Shown here one piece after another: positions 27,650 through 37,203 of a stretch of DNA of 64,000 bases. Origin of the DNA: a virus. Lineage: Duplodnaviria; Caudoviricetes. The stretch spans positions 1,290-65,289 of IMG/VR virus record IMGVR_UViG_3300042924_005664. The stretch is one strand, 5' to 3'. The notes under the pieces are model-generated. The model was not told where the DNA came from, searched no databases, and saw only the letters and a program-made list of their open reading frames with translations. Numbering within the stretch: the first letter of the stretch is position 1; each line of letters starts with the position of its first letter. The translations under genes and the position numbers were made by a program.

Positions 27650-28508
27650 TCATCCCGTCTACATCATATCCAAGGGACGCTGGGACAAGGGGCTTACAAG
27701 CAGGGCGCTTGATCGCCTAAAGGTTCCGCACTTCGTTGTAGTGGAGCCGCAGGAGTTCTTGCTGTACGCGTCTACCATGGACGAGTCGAAGCTCCTCATG
27801 CTTCCGCAGAGTTATCTTAAAGATTATGATACGTGCGACGATCTTGGGTTGACGAAGAGCGTGGGCCCGGGCGCTGCACGCAACTTCTGCTGGGATCACT
27901 CCATAACGCGTGGCGCTACACGTCACTGGGTAATGGACGACAACATCGCAGCCTTCAACCGCCTGAATCGAAACCTGCAATGCAAGGTCACAAGCGGCAC
28001 AATCTTTAAATGCGCCGAGGACTTCGTCGAACGCTACGAGAACGTCGCCATAGCTGGCTTTCAGTACGACTTCTTTATCAAGGCCAAGACCATCGTGCCA
28101 CCCATCATCATGAACACGCGCATCTACTCGTGCCTGCTCATCAAGAACGATATCCCCTACCGCTGGCGCGGACGCTACAACGAGGACACCGACCTATGCC
28201 TACGCGCTTTGAAGGACGGGCTCTGCACCATAGAGTTCAACGCGTTCACTCAGGAGAAGGCTACGACCCAGACCATGGGCGGAGGCAACACCGAGGAGTT
28301 CTACAAGCACGAGGGCACCATGGCTAAGTCCCAGATGCTAGCAGACCTTCATCCTGACGTAGCCAAAGTCGTTTGGAAGTTTAACCGCTGGCATCATCAG
28401 GTAGACTACAAGCCTTTCAAAAACAACAAGCTCATTCGGAAACCAAACCTCGTAATCCCAGAGGGCATCAACAACTACGGGATGAAACTTATCGACACAC
28501 TATCATGA
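27639..28508 (+). CDS. TET-associated/GREB1-like glycosyltransferase (DNA base modification)
   Basis: YIISKGR, GAARN, HWVMDDN, WRGRYNEDTDL, GGNT. Confidence 0.85.
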   Translation: MNPSHPVYIISKGRWDKGLTSRALDRLKVPHFVVVEPQEFLLYASTMDESKLLMLPQSYLKDYDTCDDLGLTKSVGPGAARNFCWDHSITRGATRHWVMDDNIAAFNRLNRNLQCKVTSGTIFKCAEDFVERYENVAIAGFQYDFFIKAKTIVPPIIMNTRIYSCLLIKNDIPYRWRGRYNEDTDLCLRALKDGLCTIEFNAFTQEKATTQTMGGGNTEEFYKHEGTMAKSQMLADLHPDVAKVVWKFNRWHHQVDYKPFKNNKLIRKPNLVIPEGINNYGMKLIDTLS

Positions 28509-30259
28509 TCGTTGCACTCGACACTGAAACTTATTACGACGACGAGGTCTCCATCAAGACGCTCGGGACTTGGCACTACCTTCGTCACCCAAAGGCCGAT
28601 CTGTACCTGCTCTCGGTAGCTGCTGACAACGGGCTCAGATGGGCGGGTCACCCCAAGGATTTTGACTGGTCGCAGATCGTTGGCCCCGACGTCACTTGGC
28701 TCTCTCACAACGTCTCGTTCGACTCCATGGTCATCGAGCGGCTGCAGGAGCTGGGACACGCTCCAGAGAGCATCGAGATCGCGGAGTGGGTATGCACAGC
28801 CGACATGGCCGCGTACCTAGGACACAATCGAAGCCTGAAGGAAAGCGCCAACAGCCTGCTTGGAGTCGAGATGACGAAGACCATCCGCGACAACATGAAG
28901 GGCCAGCGCTGGGAGGACATGGACGTGTTCTTTCGTGACGACGTGGTCAAGTACGCTCTCGACGACGCGGTTCATTGCCTCAACCTCTACCTGCAGCACG
29001 GAGACAAGTTCGTGGAGCACGAGCGCGAGATAAGCGCCATGACGCGCACCATGTGCTCACGCGGAGTTCCCCTCGACGTGCCCGCTCTCGACAAGGCGAT
29101 CACCAAGCTGCAGACGGCTATCTGGCAGGCCAAGCTCGACATCCCATGGGCCGATCGTGAGTCGATACTATCGCCGCTGGCCGTGCGTGCTGAGTGCGAG
29201 AAGGTAGGCATCTGGGCACCAGCGTCATTCGCCAAGGGCGACGACGAGGCGGAGCGCTGGGAGGACGAGTTCTCCCACCTGCACCCATGGATCAAGGCTG
29301 TACGTAACTTCAGGCGCGGCAACAAGCATTTGAGCACACTTGAGACCATGAGAAGCCGCTGCAGGGAAGATGGGACTATGCCCTACGGCTTGAAATTCTT
29401 CGGAGCTCACACGGGAAGGGACAGCGGCGACGGCTCTTGGAACGCGCAGAACCTTCCCAAGGGCGAGGTCTTCGACGTCGATGTCCGCAGCATGATCAAG
29501 GCTCCCGAAGGCTACACCTTCGCGATCGTTGACCTCAGCCAGATCGAGCCACGCGTGCTTCACTGGCTCGCTGGCGATACCAAGATGCTTGAGCACATCC
29601 GCCAGTGCCCCGACTTCTACGAGGCTCAGGCGCGTGCCATGGGGCTCTGGAGCGGAGACGAGCCCCTGCGGACTGACCCCAAGAAGCGCCACCTGATCAA
29701 GGGATTGAACCTCGGCTTGGGATACGGCATGGGCGCGAAGAAATTTGCGTCGGTCGCGAACATCCCCACCGATGAGGCGGAGCGCCTAACGCGTCTGTAC
29801 CGCGTCAAGAACCCCCTCGTAACTAAGCTCTGGAAAGACTTGGAGGAGGTGCTACGTAGCACCGCGACTAGTAAGGACGACAAGAACGCGGAGATCGAGA
29901 TGCCTTCGGGTCGCAAGATGACATATCGAAACGTGTCAGTGGATCACGGCGGACTCACCGCGCAGATACCGCGCCAAGGCAAGTTCATGCGCTTAGGATT
30001 TTGGGGCGGAGTCGTTACGGAAAATCTCGTGCAGGCGACGGCCCGTGACGTGTTCATGGATTGCTGCCTACGCATCGAGGCGCAGGGATTCCCAGTAATC
30101 ATGCGGATCCATGACGAGGTCGTGTGTCAGGTGCCAGCTGGCGACGAGGGCAAGCGCTGCTTGGACACCATCGTCAAGATCATGTCAACCGCCCCAGAAT
30201 GGGCCGAGGGACTTCCCCTTTCCGCCGAGGGCTCACTCTCAGACGTCTACAAGAAATAA
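28505..30259 (+). CDS. DNA polymerase family A with 3'-5' exonuclease
   Basis: ALDTET, HNVSFD, YALDD, DLSQIEPR, KGLNLGLGYG, ENLVQ, IHDE. Confidence 0.95.
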   Translation: MIVALDTETYYDDEVSIKTLGTWHYLRHPKADLYLLSVAADNGLRWAGHPKDFDWSQIVGPDVTWLSHNVSFDSMVIERLQELGHAPESIEIAEWVCTADMAAYLGHNRSLKESANSLLGVEMTKTIRDNMKGQRWEDMDVFFRDDVVKYALDDAVHCLNLYLQHGDKFVEHEREISAMTRTMCSRGVPLDVPALDKAITKLQTAIWQAKLDIPWADRESILSPLAVRAECEKVGIWAPASFAKGDDEAERWEDEFSHLHPWIKAVRNFRRGNKHLSTLETMRSRCREDGTMPYGLKFFGAHTGRDSGDGSWNAQNLPKGEVFDVDVRSMIKAPEGYTFAIVDLSQIEPRVLHWLAGDTKMLEHIRQCPDFYEAQARAMGLWSGDEPLRTDPKKRHLIKGLNLGLGYGMGAKKFASVANIPTDEAERLTRLYRVKNPLVTKLWKDLEEVLRSTATSKDDKNAEIEMPSGRKMTYRNVSVDHGGLTAQIPRQGKFMRLGFWGGVVTENLVQATARDVFMDCCLRIEAQGFPVIMRIHDEVVCQVPAGDEGKRCLDTIVKIMSTAPEWAEGLPLSAEGSLSDVYKK

Positions 30260-30261
30260 TT

Positions 30262-30531
30262 ATGAAACCAGAACACAAACCCGTATACATGGTCTTCCGC
30301 GTTGGCGGAGGATCTCCATCACAAATGCACGCAACGCGTGAGAAGGCTAACGAGGAGGCTGTCAGGCTGTGCCACAAACACCCCAGCAACACGTTCTACG
30401 TGCTGGAAGCTGTGTCCGCCTACTCGTCTGTAGTAAAAGTAGAAAACACTCATTTTAAACCCATTCACGAAAGAAATCAGTGGTGCAGCTGCAACGACTG
30501 CACTTATTACTACAGCCATAAATTGCAATGA
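30262..30531 (+). CDS. Hypothetical phage protein
   Basis: HATREKANEEAVRL...P..TFYVLE motif. Confidence 0.65.
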   Translation: MKPEHKPVYMVFRVGGGSPSQMHATREKANEEAVRLCHKHPSNTFYVLEAVSAYSSVVKVENTHFKPIHERNQWCSCNDCTYYYSHKLQ

Positions 30532-30821
30532 GCTGCGCTAAGAAAAAAGTTCTCTGTTTTCTCATCTCCGAGGATTTAGAGGTTTTCATCGGAGAAAACA
30601 ACTGCTTGAATCCCCAACCAGCTTGCCCCCGAGAGCAGGGCGAGGGATACGAAAAATGCAAAACAATCTGCCAACAAACCGCACACGCCGAGGTCAACGC
30701 AATCGCGAAGGCTGGAGCAAAGGCACGGGGAGCCAAGGCACTCGTGCTTCACAAGCGCGTGTGCTGCGATTGTCAGAAGGCGCTCGATAGCGCTGGAGTA
30801 AAGTCAGTAACGCTAGTTTAA
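30528..30821 (+). CDS. dCMP/cytidine deaminase-like protein
   Basis: HAEVNAI and CCDC zinc ligands. Confidence 0.75.
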   Translation: MSCAKKKVLCFLISEDLEVFIGENNCLNPQPACPREQGEGYEKCKTICQQTAHAEVNAIAKAGAKARGAKALVLHKRVCCDCQKALDSAGVKSVTLV

Positions 30822-30849
30822 ACACACACACACACACACACACACACAC
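30822..30849 (+). repeat. (AC)14 microsatellite in primase leader
   Basis: Direct read. Confidence 0.95.
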
Positions 30850-30857
30850 CGAACCAT

Positions 30858-33038
30858 ATGAAGTTATTCTCACTGAAGAACCTCGTCACACACGAGATCC
30901 TCGAAACCGACGACCTGTACCTAGCTGGAACCGAGAACCCGCGCAACCTGCTCGACACGCCCCTCAAGACCAAAGAGGAGTACTCGAACTGGTGCGCCGA
31001 CGCAACGACCAGCGGCGTCTTCCTATCAGCTGCTGAGGGCGTCAATCCTCACGATAGAGTGAAGGATGGCAACCCCGCTAAAAGGTTGCACGGCATCATC
31101 GGCGATTACGACGCGGAGACCGCCATGGACAACATCGACAAGCTCTCGAAGAGCACCGCGTACATGCCCGCGTACATCATCAGCACCTTTACGCCGGGCA
31201 AGGTTCGCCTCATCTGGGCCTTCGAGGCTCCAGTCAACGTGCTCAACGAGGCCATTACCGAGAAGTTCCTGCAGGAGCTCAACAAGGCGGTTCGGATCTC
31301 GTCGGCGCTCCCGGGCTTCGACAAAAAGTCCTTCGAGCTCAACCAGTACTTTGAGATGGGCACGCAGTGGAACGCGGTCACGATTGACGGCGCGGCTCCA
31401 GTTCTTCCCTCCACGCTACTCGAGACCTGCCTGCTGCAGGGCGCTGAAAAGGCCAAGATCCAGCCCACCGACGCACCACTCATCCCCATCGAGATCGTCG
31501 CAGCTGAGGTCGAGCAGCAGTTCCCAAACCGCATTCAGGGAGCCTTTGAGATCGGCAAGAAGCAGCCCCTGTTCTGGATAAACGACGGCATCGATCGCCT
31601 CGCGTCTGTCATCTCGGAGAACGGCATGGTGATCTTCTCAGACCGCGAGGGCACCAACTTCAAGACGTGGCGTCAGATCCTAGGCGGAAAGTTCGTCGAG
31701 CGTTTCGAGCAGGAGCAGACTGGCAAGGCGGCTCAGATGTTCTGGTTCGATGGCAAGACGTACTGGACGAAGCACCACGCGGACAACTTCGTGTACCTAG
31801 CCAAGGAGGACGCCAAGCTCCACCTGCGGGGCGCGGGAGTCAACGATCGTCCCCAGCGCGGGCAGCAGGTCAGCGACGTGGAGCGCGTGCTCATTCACGT
31901 GCAGACTCAGCGCCGAGTCACCGCAGCGGTTCCCATCCTGTTCTCACCAGAGGAGACCGTGGACTTCGGCGGCGAGCGCTACCTCAACATCAGCAACAAG
32001 CGCGTCACGCAGCCCGCTAGCAGCGCGTCAGTGGATCAGTTCCCATGGCTGCACGACTTCATCACCAACGCGTTTGACGGCGAGCTGGACGGCATCCCAG
32101 CGTACGAGTACTTCCTCGGGTGGTTCAGGCGCTTCTACGAGTCAGCGCTGAACTGCAGGCCGCTCCCGGGTCAAGTCATCATCGTCGCTGGCGACGCTCA
32201 CACTGGGAAGTCGTTCATCAACAAGTGGGTCATCGGCGAGGCGCTGGGCGGATCCGTTGACGCGGAGCCCCTACTCATGAAGGAGACCAGCTTCAACAAG
32301 CAGGGCGCTGAGTGCGCTCTATGGCGCTGCGACGACGCCGCTACAGACGGCAACTGGAAGACCCGCGAGATGTTCACCAAGAGCCTGAAGCAGATGGCCG
32401 CGAACCCATCGCAGCTCTACCAGCCCAAGTTCAGGGACAGCGTCGAGCTCCCATTCCTAGGGCGCGTTGTCGTCACCTGCAATACTGACCCCGAGTCGCT
32501 GCGAATCCTCCCAACTCTCGACGGCACGATCCGAGACAAGATCATGCTCTTCAAGCTCAAGGAGGGATACCGCCCCCACTTCCACGGCACCAACTACGAC
32601 AACGAGCAGCGCGTGTGCAAGGAGCTTCCATTCTTCCTCCGCTGGCTGCTCGATCGTGAGATGCCAGAGGGCATCATTGATCCAGTGTACAAGCGCTTCG
32701 GTGTGAAATCGTTTCACCACGCGGAGCTCGTGACTTCGGCGCAGACAACGCAGAGCGAGTACGTGTTCTCGGAGATCCTTGACGCGTGGCTCAACGCGAA
32801 GCGCGAGGAGAAGGTCAAGGCCGTCGAGGTAACTGCTACCGAGCTCAGGACGCAGCTAGCAGCGGTGCTGGGTCAGGGCGCGGATCTGTCCAACTTCAAG
32901 ACGGTGAGCATCGGCAAGCAACTTTCCAAGCTGATGCAGCAAGACATGGTGCGAGAGCTCAAGGGCAAGCGCATGCTCGATGGAAAGGTCAAGTACCAGT
33001 TCGTATTTACGGACGCGCCAGTCGAGCAGCCGTTCTAA
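30858..33038 (+). CDS. Primase-helicase (prim-pol N-terminus, SF3-like P-loop)
   Basis: GDYD motif; GDAHTGKS; CDD; VVVTCN. Confidence 0.8.
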   Translation: MKLFSLKNLVTHEILETDDLYLAGTENPRNLLDTPLKTKEEYSNWCADATTSGVFLSAAEGVNPHDRVKDGNPAKRLHGIIGDYDAETAMDNIDKLSKSTAYMPAYIISTFTPGKVRLIWAFEAPVNVLNEAITEKFLQELNKAVRISSALPGFDKKSFELNQYFEMGTQWNAVTIDGAAPVLPSTLLETCLLQGAEKAKIQPTDAPLIPIEIVAAEVEQQFPNRIQGAFEIGKKQPLFWINDGIDRLASVISENGMVIFSDREGTNFKTWRQILGGKFVERFEQEQTGKAAQMFWFDGKTYWTKHHADNFVYLAKEDAKLHLRGAGVNDRPQRGQQVSDVERVLIHVQTQRRVTAAVPILFSPEETVDFGGERYLNISNKRVTQPASSASVDQFPWLHDFITNAFDGELDGIPAYEYFLGWFRRFYESALNCRPLPGQVIIVAGDAHTGKSFINKWVIGEALGGSVDAEPLLMKETSFNKQGAECALWRCDDAATDGNWKTREMFTKSLKQMAANPSQLYQPKFRDSVELPFLGRVVVTCNTDPESLRILPTLDGTIRDKIMLFKLKEGYRPHFHGTNYDNEQRVCKELPFFLRWLLDREMPEGIIDPVYKRFGVKSFHHAELVTSAQTTQSEYVFSEILDAWLNAKREEKVKAVEVTATELRTQLAAVLGQGADLSNFKTVSIGKQLSKLMQQDMVRELKGKRMLDGKVKYQFVFTDAPVEQPF

Positions 33039-33067
33039 AAATTTGGGGTCGGTAGTAGTGTGTAAAA

Positions 33068-33107
33068 GGGCTCCAGTCGTCTTCGGATGGCTGGAGCTCC
33101 TTTGTTT
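33068..33107 (+). terminator. Rho-independent terminator with UUCG loop
   Basis: GGGCTCCAGTCGTC-TTCG-GATGGCTGGAGCTC then TTTGTTT. Confidence 0.8.
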
Positions 33108-33147
33108 ATGCGGGTCTAGGAGCCATTGAAACCCTTCGGGTTAGGGG

Positions 33148-33220
33148 GTCAAAATTATTAAAACTTTTTCTTGATACCGAAGCGGAATTGGACAATGATC
33201 ACTCCAGTCAGTAACAACAA
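33148..33220 (+). promoter_or_regulatory. Early promoter cassette copy 4
   Basis: TTGATA-N17-AATGAT, CCGAAGCGGAAT spacer, CACTCCAGTCAGTAACAAC. Confidence 0.75.
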
Positions 33221-33243
33221 CCCAAACCAAAAAAACCACTACA

Positions 33244-33558
33244 ATGAGCAACAAGATCAAATACATCGCCACCGCCCCCAACGGAAACACCACGACCGTC
33301 ACCAGCACCCGCGCTGTCAAGAATTGCCACATCGCCATCAACAAGGAGACAGGCGAAATCAGAGTGGCTCGCTGGACGACTAACGACAACCCACTCGCTT
33401 CCGCTTCCGCTTCTTCCTGCGGATTCTCACTTGGGTACTGGAAGGGATGGAGTCGAGACCGCAAGGCGCAAGCCGAGCAGAACGCTCTCGCCGACGCCCA
33501 TAAGGCCGAACTCGAAGCTCTGTACACCTTCCTAATCGTTCCAGCCATCGCAGCATAA
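33244..33558 (+). CDS. Early hypothetical protein
   Basis: First ATG after promoter cassette. Confidence 0.6.
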   Translation: MSNKIKYIATAPNGNTTTVTSTRAVKNCHIAINKETGEIRVARWTTNDNPLASASASSCGFSLGYWKGWSRDRKAQAEQNALADAHKAELEALYTFLIVPAIAA

Positions 33559-33590
33559 TCACCAACCAACCAACACACACACACACGACC

Positions 33591-34052
33591 ATGGGATACA
33601 CACACTACTACACGTTTAACAGGGCCGCGCTGACGCCAGCGGAAATCGCCACGGGCTTCGCGAGCGCTGCTAAAGAGATCAAGCGCCTGAAGCAGTACCT
33701 GCCAAAGGATATCAAGATCAAGGGCGGGCTAGGAACAGGCGCTGCAGCAATCAACGAAGAAGAGATCTGGTTCAATGGCGACGCCAAGCACGGCCTCGAC
33801 CACGAGACCTTCAGCGTAGAGCGCGACGCGGATCCATTGTACCCAGAACGCAACCGTAACTTCTGCAAGACTGCACGCAAGCCTTACGACGTCCTCGTGT
33901 GCTGCGCGTTGATTAGCCTGAAGCGCCACCTGCCCGGGGCATTTACGTTCACCAGCGACGGCGATCGCAGCGACTGGGCCAGCGCAATCGCGTTCTACGA
34001 CGCCAATGCAGGCGGGCATCACGGCACCAACAACACCACACACCTCCAATAA
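33591..34052 (+). CDS. Conserved phage protein (MGYTHY...FNG...HETF...FCKTARKPYD...SDG)
   Basis: Recognisable widespread motif set; function unknown. Confidence 0.75.
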   Translation: MGYTHYYTFNRAALTPAEIATGFASAAKEIKRLKQYLPKDIKIKGGLGTGAAAINEEEIWFNGDAKHGLDHETFSVERDADPLYPERNRNFCKTARKPYDVLVCCALISLKRHLPGAFTFTSDGDRSDWASAIAFYDANAGGHHGTNNTTHLQ

Positions 34053-34297
34053 TGAACAAGCCACCACTACACAAACGCGGAGACCTGAGCCCATGCGGCA
34101 CCAAGCAATTCTGGCAGTACCAGAAGCACGTGTCCAAAAAGACTGGGCAGCGCTGCGAGCGATGGATCCCAGTAGAAAACTACGATCGGTACCGAAAGCA
34201 GGCGTGTTTTAACAACGAGCTGTGCTGCGCTCGATCCGAGTACATCAAGACTCAACAAGCGAGAGCAAGGGCCAAGGCAAAATCAGAATGCAATTGA
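34052..34297 (+). CDS. Small protein with KxGD...F..Y...ERW domain
   Basis: Motif shared with 37204 and 55721 ORFs. Confidence 0.6.
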   Translation: MNKPPLHKRGDLSPCGTKQFWQYQKHVSKKTGQRCERWIPVENYDRYRKQACFNNELCCARSEYIKTQQARARAKAKSECN

Positions 34298-34366
34298 CTC
34301 GAGCAGCCGCAGACGTTCAGGATGCAAAGAGGATTCGCAAAGCATCAACAACCTCAAAGCAGAACT

Positions 34367-34474
34367 ATGAAACCCAAGATCAAAGCCTCACTCCCCACGT
34401 GCGCCGAATGCGGTCGATTGGCCCCCGTAAGCGTTAAAACCAACAAGTGCATCAGGTGCGACAAGGCAAAATGA
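34367..34474 (+). CDS. 35-aa Zn-finger peptide
   Basis: CAEC...CIRC; ATGA coupling downstream. Confidence 0.45.
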   Translation: MKPKIKASLPTCAECGRLAPVSVKTNKCIRCDKAK

Positions 34475-34587
34475 GCTCAATACTTGCACTACAATGCTTC
34501 GGCGTGGGGGCAGCGGGCGCTTTCATCATGTTTTTGGTGATATGCTTCATACCAGAGATCGAGGAATTCTTTAAGAACAGAAAATGA
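34471..34587 (+). CDS. 38-aa single-TM peptide
   Basis: ATGA overlaps at both ends. Confidence 0.5.
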   Translation: MSSILALQCFGVGAAGAFIMFLVICFIPEIEEFFKNRK

Positions 34588-35180
34588 CAACCGACACACC
34601 ACGAACCGATGCCGCTCGTGAGCGCTACTATGACGGTAAAACCTCAGACTGGGTGCATTACACAATCTGCCGAATGATTGAGCAAGAACTCGCCGCATCC
34701 AAAGCCGAGGTTAAAGAGATCCGAGCCGCATTAGGTGACGACCTGCTGGAGTGGAAAATATCAAATTGCACTCTTAGTGCCGAGGTCGAGAGGCTGCAAA
34801 CGCTTCCAGAGTCTCGCCATAAAGCGTTTTTAGATTTGCTTGAGCGAGGCGAGAAAGCACAGGCCGAGGTCAAAGAGATCCGAGCCGCACTAGGTGATGA
34901 CGGCAGGAGAACTCACAAGGAGTTAATTGAATTAGCAACCAAGGCTTCAGGGTGGCGTGAATGGAAGCAGAGATTTATCGACCTGCGAAACGCTCACATA
35001 GCAGAGGGGCAAGACCCCGCTGGAACCATCTGGGAACACGCAGACAAATTGCAGAAAGAGTTGAAAGAAGCAAAGGCCGAGGTCGAGAGGCTCAGGGTCT
35101 TGCTCGACAAGGCAATCCCTGCCGTTTCCTCAACCGTCTTCATGCTTCAACTCCGCGACGAGCTAAACAACACCAAATGA
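34584..35180 (+). CDS. TDTPRTDA-family coiled-coil protein 1
   Basis: MTTDTPRTDA start; AEVERL/AEVKEI repeats. Confidence 0.75.
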   Translation: MTTDTPRTDAARERYYDGKTSDWVHYTICRMIEQELAASKAEVKEIRAALGDDLLEWKISNCTLSAEVERLQTLPESRHKAFLDLLERGEKAQAEVKEIRAALGDDGRRTHKELIELATKASGWREWKQRFIDLRNAHIAEGQDPAGTIWEHADKLQKELKEAKAEVERLRVLLDKAIPAVSSTVFMLQLRDELNNTK

Positions 35181-35512
35181 GCCTAGCAAAAGAATTGGCA
35201 AAATTAAGAGCCGCGCTAGACGCGCCTTGGCCCGAAGAAATATGGAAAGCGAAAGCCGAAATAGCTGAGCGCGAACTGTCTGCAACAAAAGATGAGTATT
35301 GCGAAACGGCGTTTGCTTTGACCGAACAGACAGAACGAGCCGAGAAAGCCGAGGCCGAGGTCGAGAGGCTTCGGGGACTCCTCAATGCCCACGCCGAGTT
35401 TCTTATTAAAAACGGATTCTACCGAGAATCACGCGACCTGATGGGAGGTTCGTGGTCAGACGGATTTGTAGCCCTCGCAAAGAAATGCGGAATCAATCCT
35501 TGCGACCAATGA
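35177..35512 (+). CDS. Coiled-coil protein 2 of array
   Basis: KAEAEVERLR; ATGA coupling. Confidence 0.65.
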   Translation: MSLAKELAKLRAALDAPWPEEIWKAKAEIAERELSATKDEYCETAFALTEQTERAEKAEAEVERLRGLLNAHAEFLIKNGFYRESRDLMGGSWSDGFVALAKKCGINPCDQ

Positions 35513-36216
35513 ACCACGAAACCGACGTATCCCACGCTTTCAAAGACGGAGTGAACGCAACCCTAATTGACGACCCGAAAAACGAGGTTGCCCGATTTTT
35601 TAATGAGGTTAACTGCAAATTTTGCGGGGCTGAAACTCAAGAAAAACCAAAAATGACCACCACCACCGACACACCACGCACGGATGCCGCAAGATTTGAA
35701 GCTTTGCGATCATCGGCGTTTCGACAGGACTGCATCCCATTGAAGCTTGGGCAGGAGCTAGAGCGTGAGCTAAAGGCATCTAAAGCCGAGGTCGCCCTAC
35801 TCCAGAAGGAGCTAGACGCAACTTGCAATGCTGAAGAACTGCGGCAGGAACGCGAGACGAGGAAGAGAGCCGAGGCCGAGGTCGATTTCTACAAAAAGAG
35901 CGTCAAAGCCTATGTCCATGTCTGCGAACCAATTCGAGGAATGGCTGACAAGCTGGGTCTTCGGCTAGGTGAGTGCATAATCCAACATGGCGTTCCTCTA
36001 CTATTGGAAGGCCATAAGAAAGCCGAGGCCGAGGTCGAGAGGCTTCGATCGCAGCTCGCAAGATCCATCGAGATTGCTGAAACAGCGTGTAAGTACCTAG
36101 ATACTGGCGGCTGGAATGAGGACGAGATGTATTCTGGAAAAGATGGATGGGTAACGGAGACGGAGATAGATGAGGTGTGTGCCACCCTCGCCGCACTCAA
36201 ATCTGAAATCAAATGA
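35509..36216 (+). CDS. TDTPRTDA-family protein 3 (alternative start 35653)
   Basis: Internal MTTTTDTPRTDA; three AEV repeats. Confidence 0.7.
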   Translation: MNHETDVSHAFKDGVNATLIDDPKNEVARFFNEVNCKFCGAETQEKPKMTTTTDTPRTDAARFEALRSSAFRQDCIPLKLGQELERELKASKAEVALLQKELDATCNAEELRQERETRKRAEAEVDFYKKSVKAYVHVCEPIRGMADKLGLRLGECIIQHGVPLLLEGHKKAEAEVERLRSQLARSIEIAETACKYLDTGGWNEDEMYSGKDGWVTETEIDEVCATLAALKSEIK

Positions 36217-36461
36217 CAACTGACACACCACGAACTGATGCGGTCATGGCTTCATCAAATTGGCCATATCACATTACATTCGAGATGAAAAAACTAGAAA
36301 GAGAACTCTCCGCATCAAATGCGGAGGCCGCAAGGCTTCGGGAACAACTCGCAAGCGCCTTCGAGATCGCGCAGGAATTTCGAGCGTTCAAGGCACTCCA
36401 TTACCAGTGCAGCTGCGACATGTGCAAGAAGTTGGCATCGCTCAAAGCGGAAATTAAATAA
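36213..36461 (+). CDS. TDTPRTDA-family protein 4
   Basis: MTTDTPRTDA; ends LASLKAEIK like protein 3. Confidence 0.7.
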   Translation: MTTDTPRTDAVMASSNWPYHITFEMKKLERELSASNAEAARLREQLASAFEIAQEFRAFKALHYQCSCDMCKKLASLKAEIK

Positions 36462-36466
36462 ACCAC

Positions 36467-36757
36467 ATGAACTATGAATGGGTTGCTTTCATATTATTAT
36501 TCCCTGTATCCGCAATCCTTGGATGCATATCCGCAAAATTGATGACCCACAACAAAAGAAAAACAACCAAGAACCCCATGAAAATAAAGATAAAACTATC
36601 TTCGAATCAGGAATCAAAGATCGTCGCAAAGAGCCTGCAACAGGCGTACGACCTAAACTATGGAATGGACAGCGGGATCAACAAGGGCGACATCCAAGAA
36701 CTTCAAGAGGCGCTGCGAATCGTGTTTCACTACTACACGGGAAAGACACTAAAATGA
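36467..36757 (+). CDS. Hypothetical protein with N-terminal hydrophobic segment
   Basis: ORF; ATGA-type coupling downstream. Confidence 0.5.
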   Translation: MNYEWVAFILLFPVSAILGCISAKLMTHNKRKTTKNPMKIKIKLSSNQESKIVAKSLQQAYDLNYGMDSGINKGDIQELQEALRIVFHYYTGKTLK

Positions 36758-36960
36758 AAGCAACACTCACCTTCGACCTGCCAGAAGAGCAGCCACAACA
36801 CCTCGCAGCTGTCCATGGCATGGACTGGAAACTCGTAGCTTGGCGCATGAACGAGTTCCTCAGGCGCTGCAGGAAAGACGATATCAATGCGTCAGTGCAG
36901 CAGATTGAGGAGCACCTGCACGAGCAGATCGAGATGCTGGGCTTGTCGCTCGAGGAATGA
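36754..36960 (+). CDS. Conserved small phage protein
   Basis: MKATLTFDLPEE...A..G.DW..V.W motif. Confidence 0.75.
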   Translation: MKATLTFDLPEEQPQHLAAVHGMDWKLVAWRMNEFLRRCRKDDINASVQQIEEHLHEQIEMLGLSLEE

Positions 36961-37160
36961 GAAGCGATTGTCCGCAGGATTGGAGCGATTGTCCCGTGTG
37001 CTCGAGCCCGGGCCGCGTCGTGCGTCACTGCAGGATCCTGAAGCGCGGCGACATTTGTCCCACGAGGAAATTGCTCTTCATGGGAGGCTCGACCTTCAAG
37101 CGACCCACGTGGTTCAGGCGGCTGAAGTGCTGGTACGACAACTGGCTATGCGGCATCTAA
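36957..37160 (+). CDS. Cys-rich small protein
   Basis: ATGA coupling; CP..W..CPVC. Confidence 0.45.
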   Translation: MRSDCPQDWSDCPVCSSPGRVVRHCRILKRGDICPTRKLLFMGGSTFKRPTWFRRLKCWYDNWLCGI

Positions 37161-37203
37161 ATAGCGGTTGCAATGTTGCGAAAAGTTGACTTATTGTAGT
37201 TGC

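Noticed and set aside
34584-36461. Diversity-generating retroelement or invertase shufflon
   Set aside because: No reverse transcriptase or recombinase; repeats are direct; no adenine-specific mismatch pair seen
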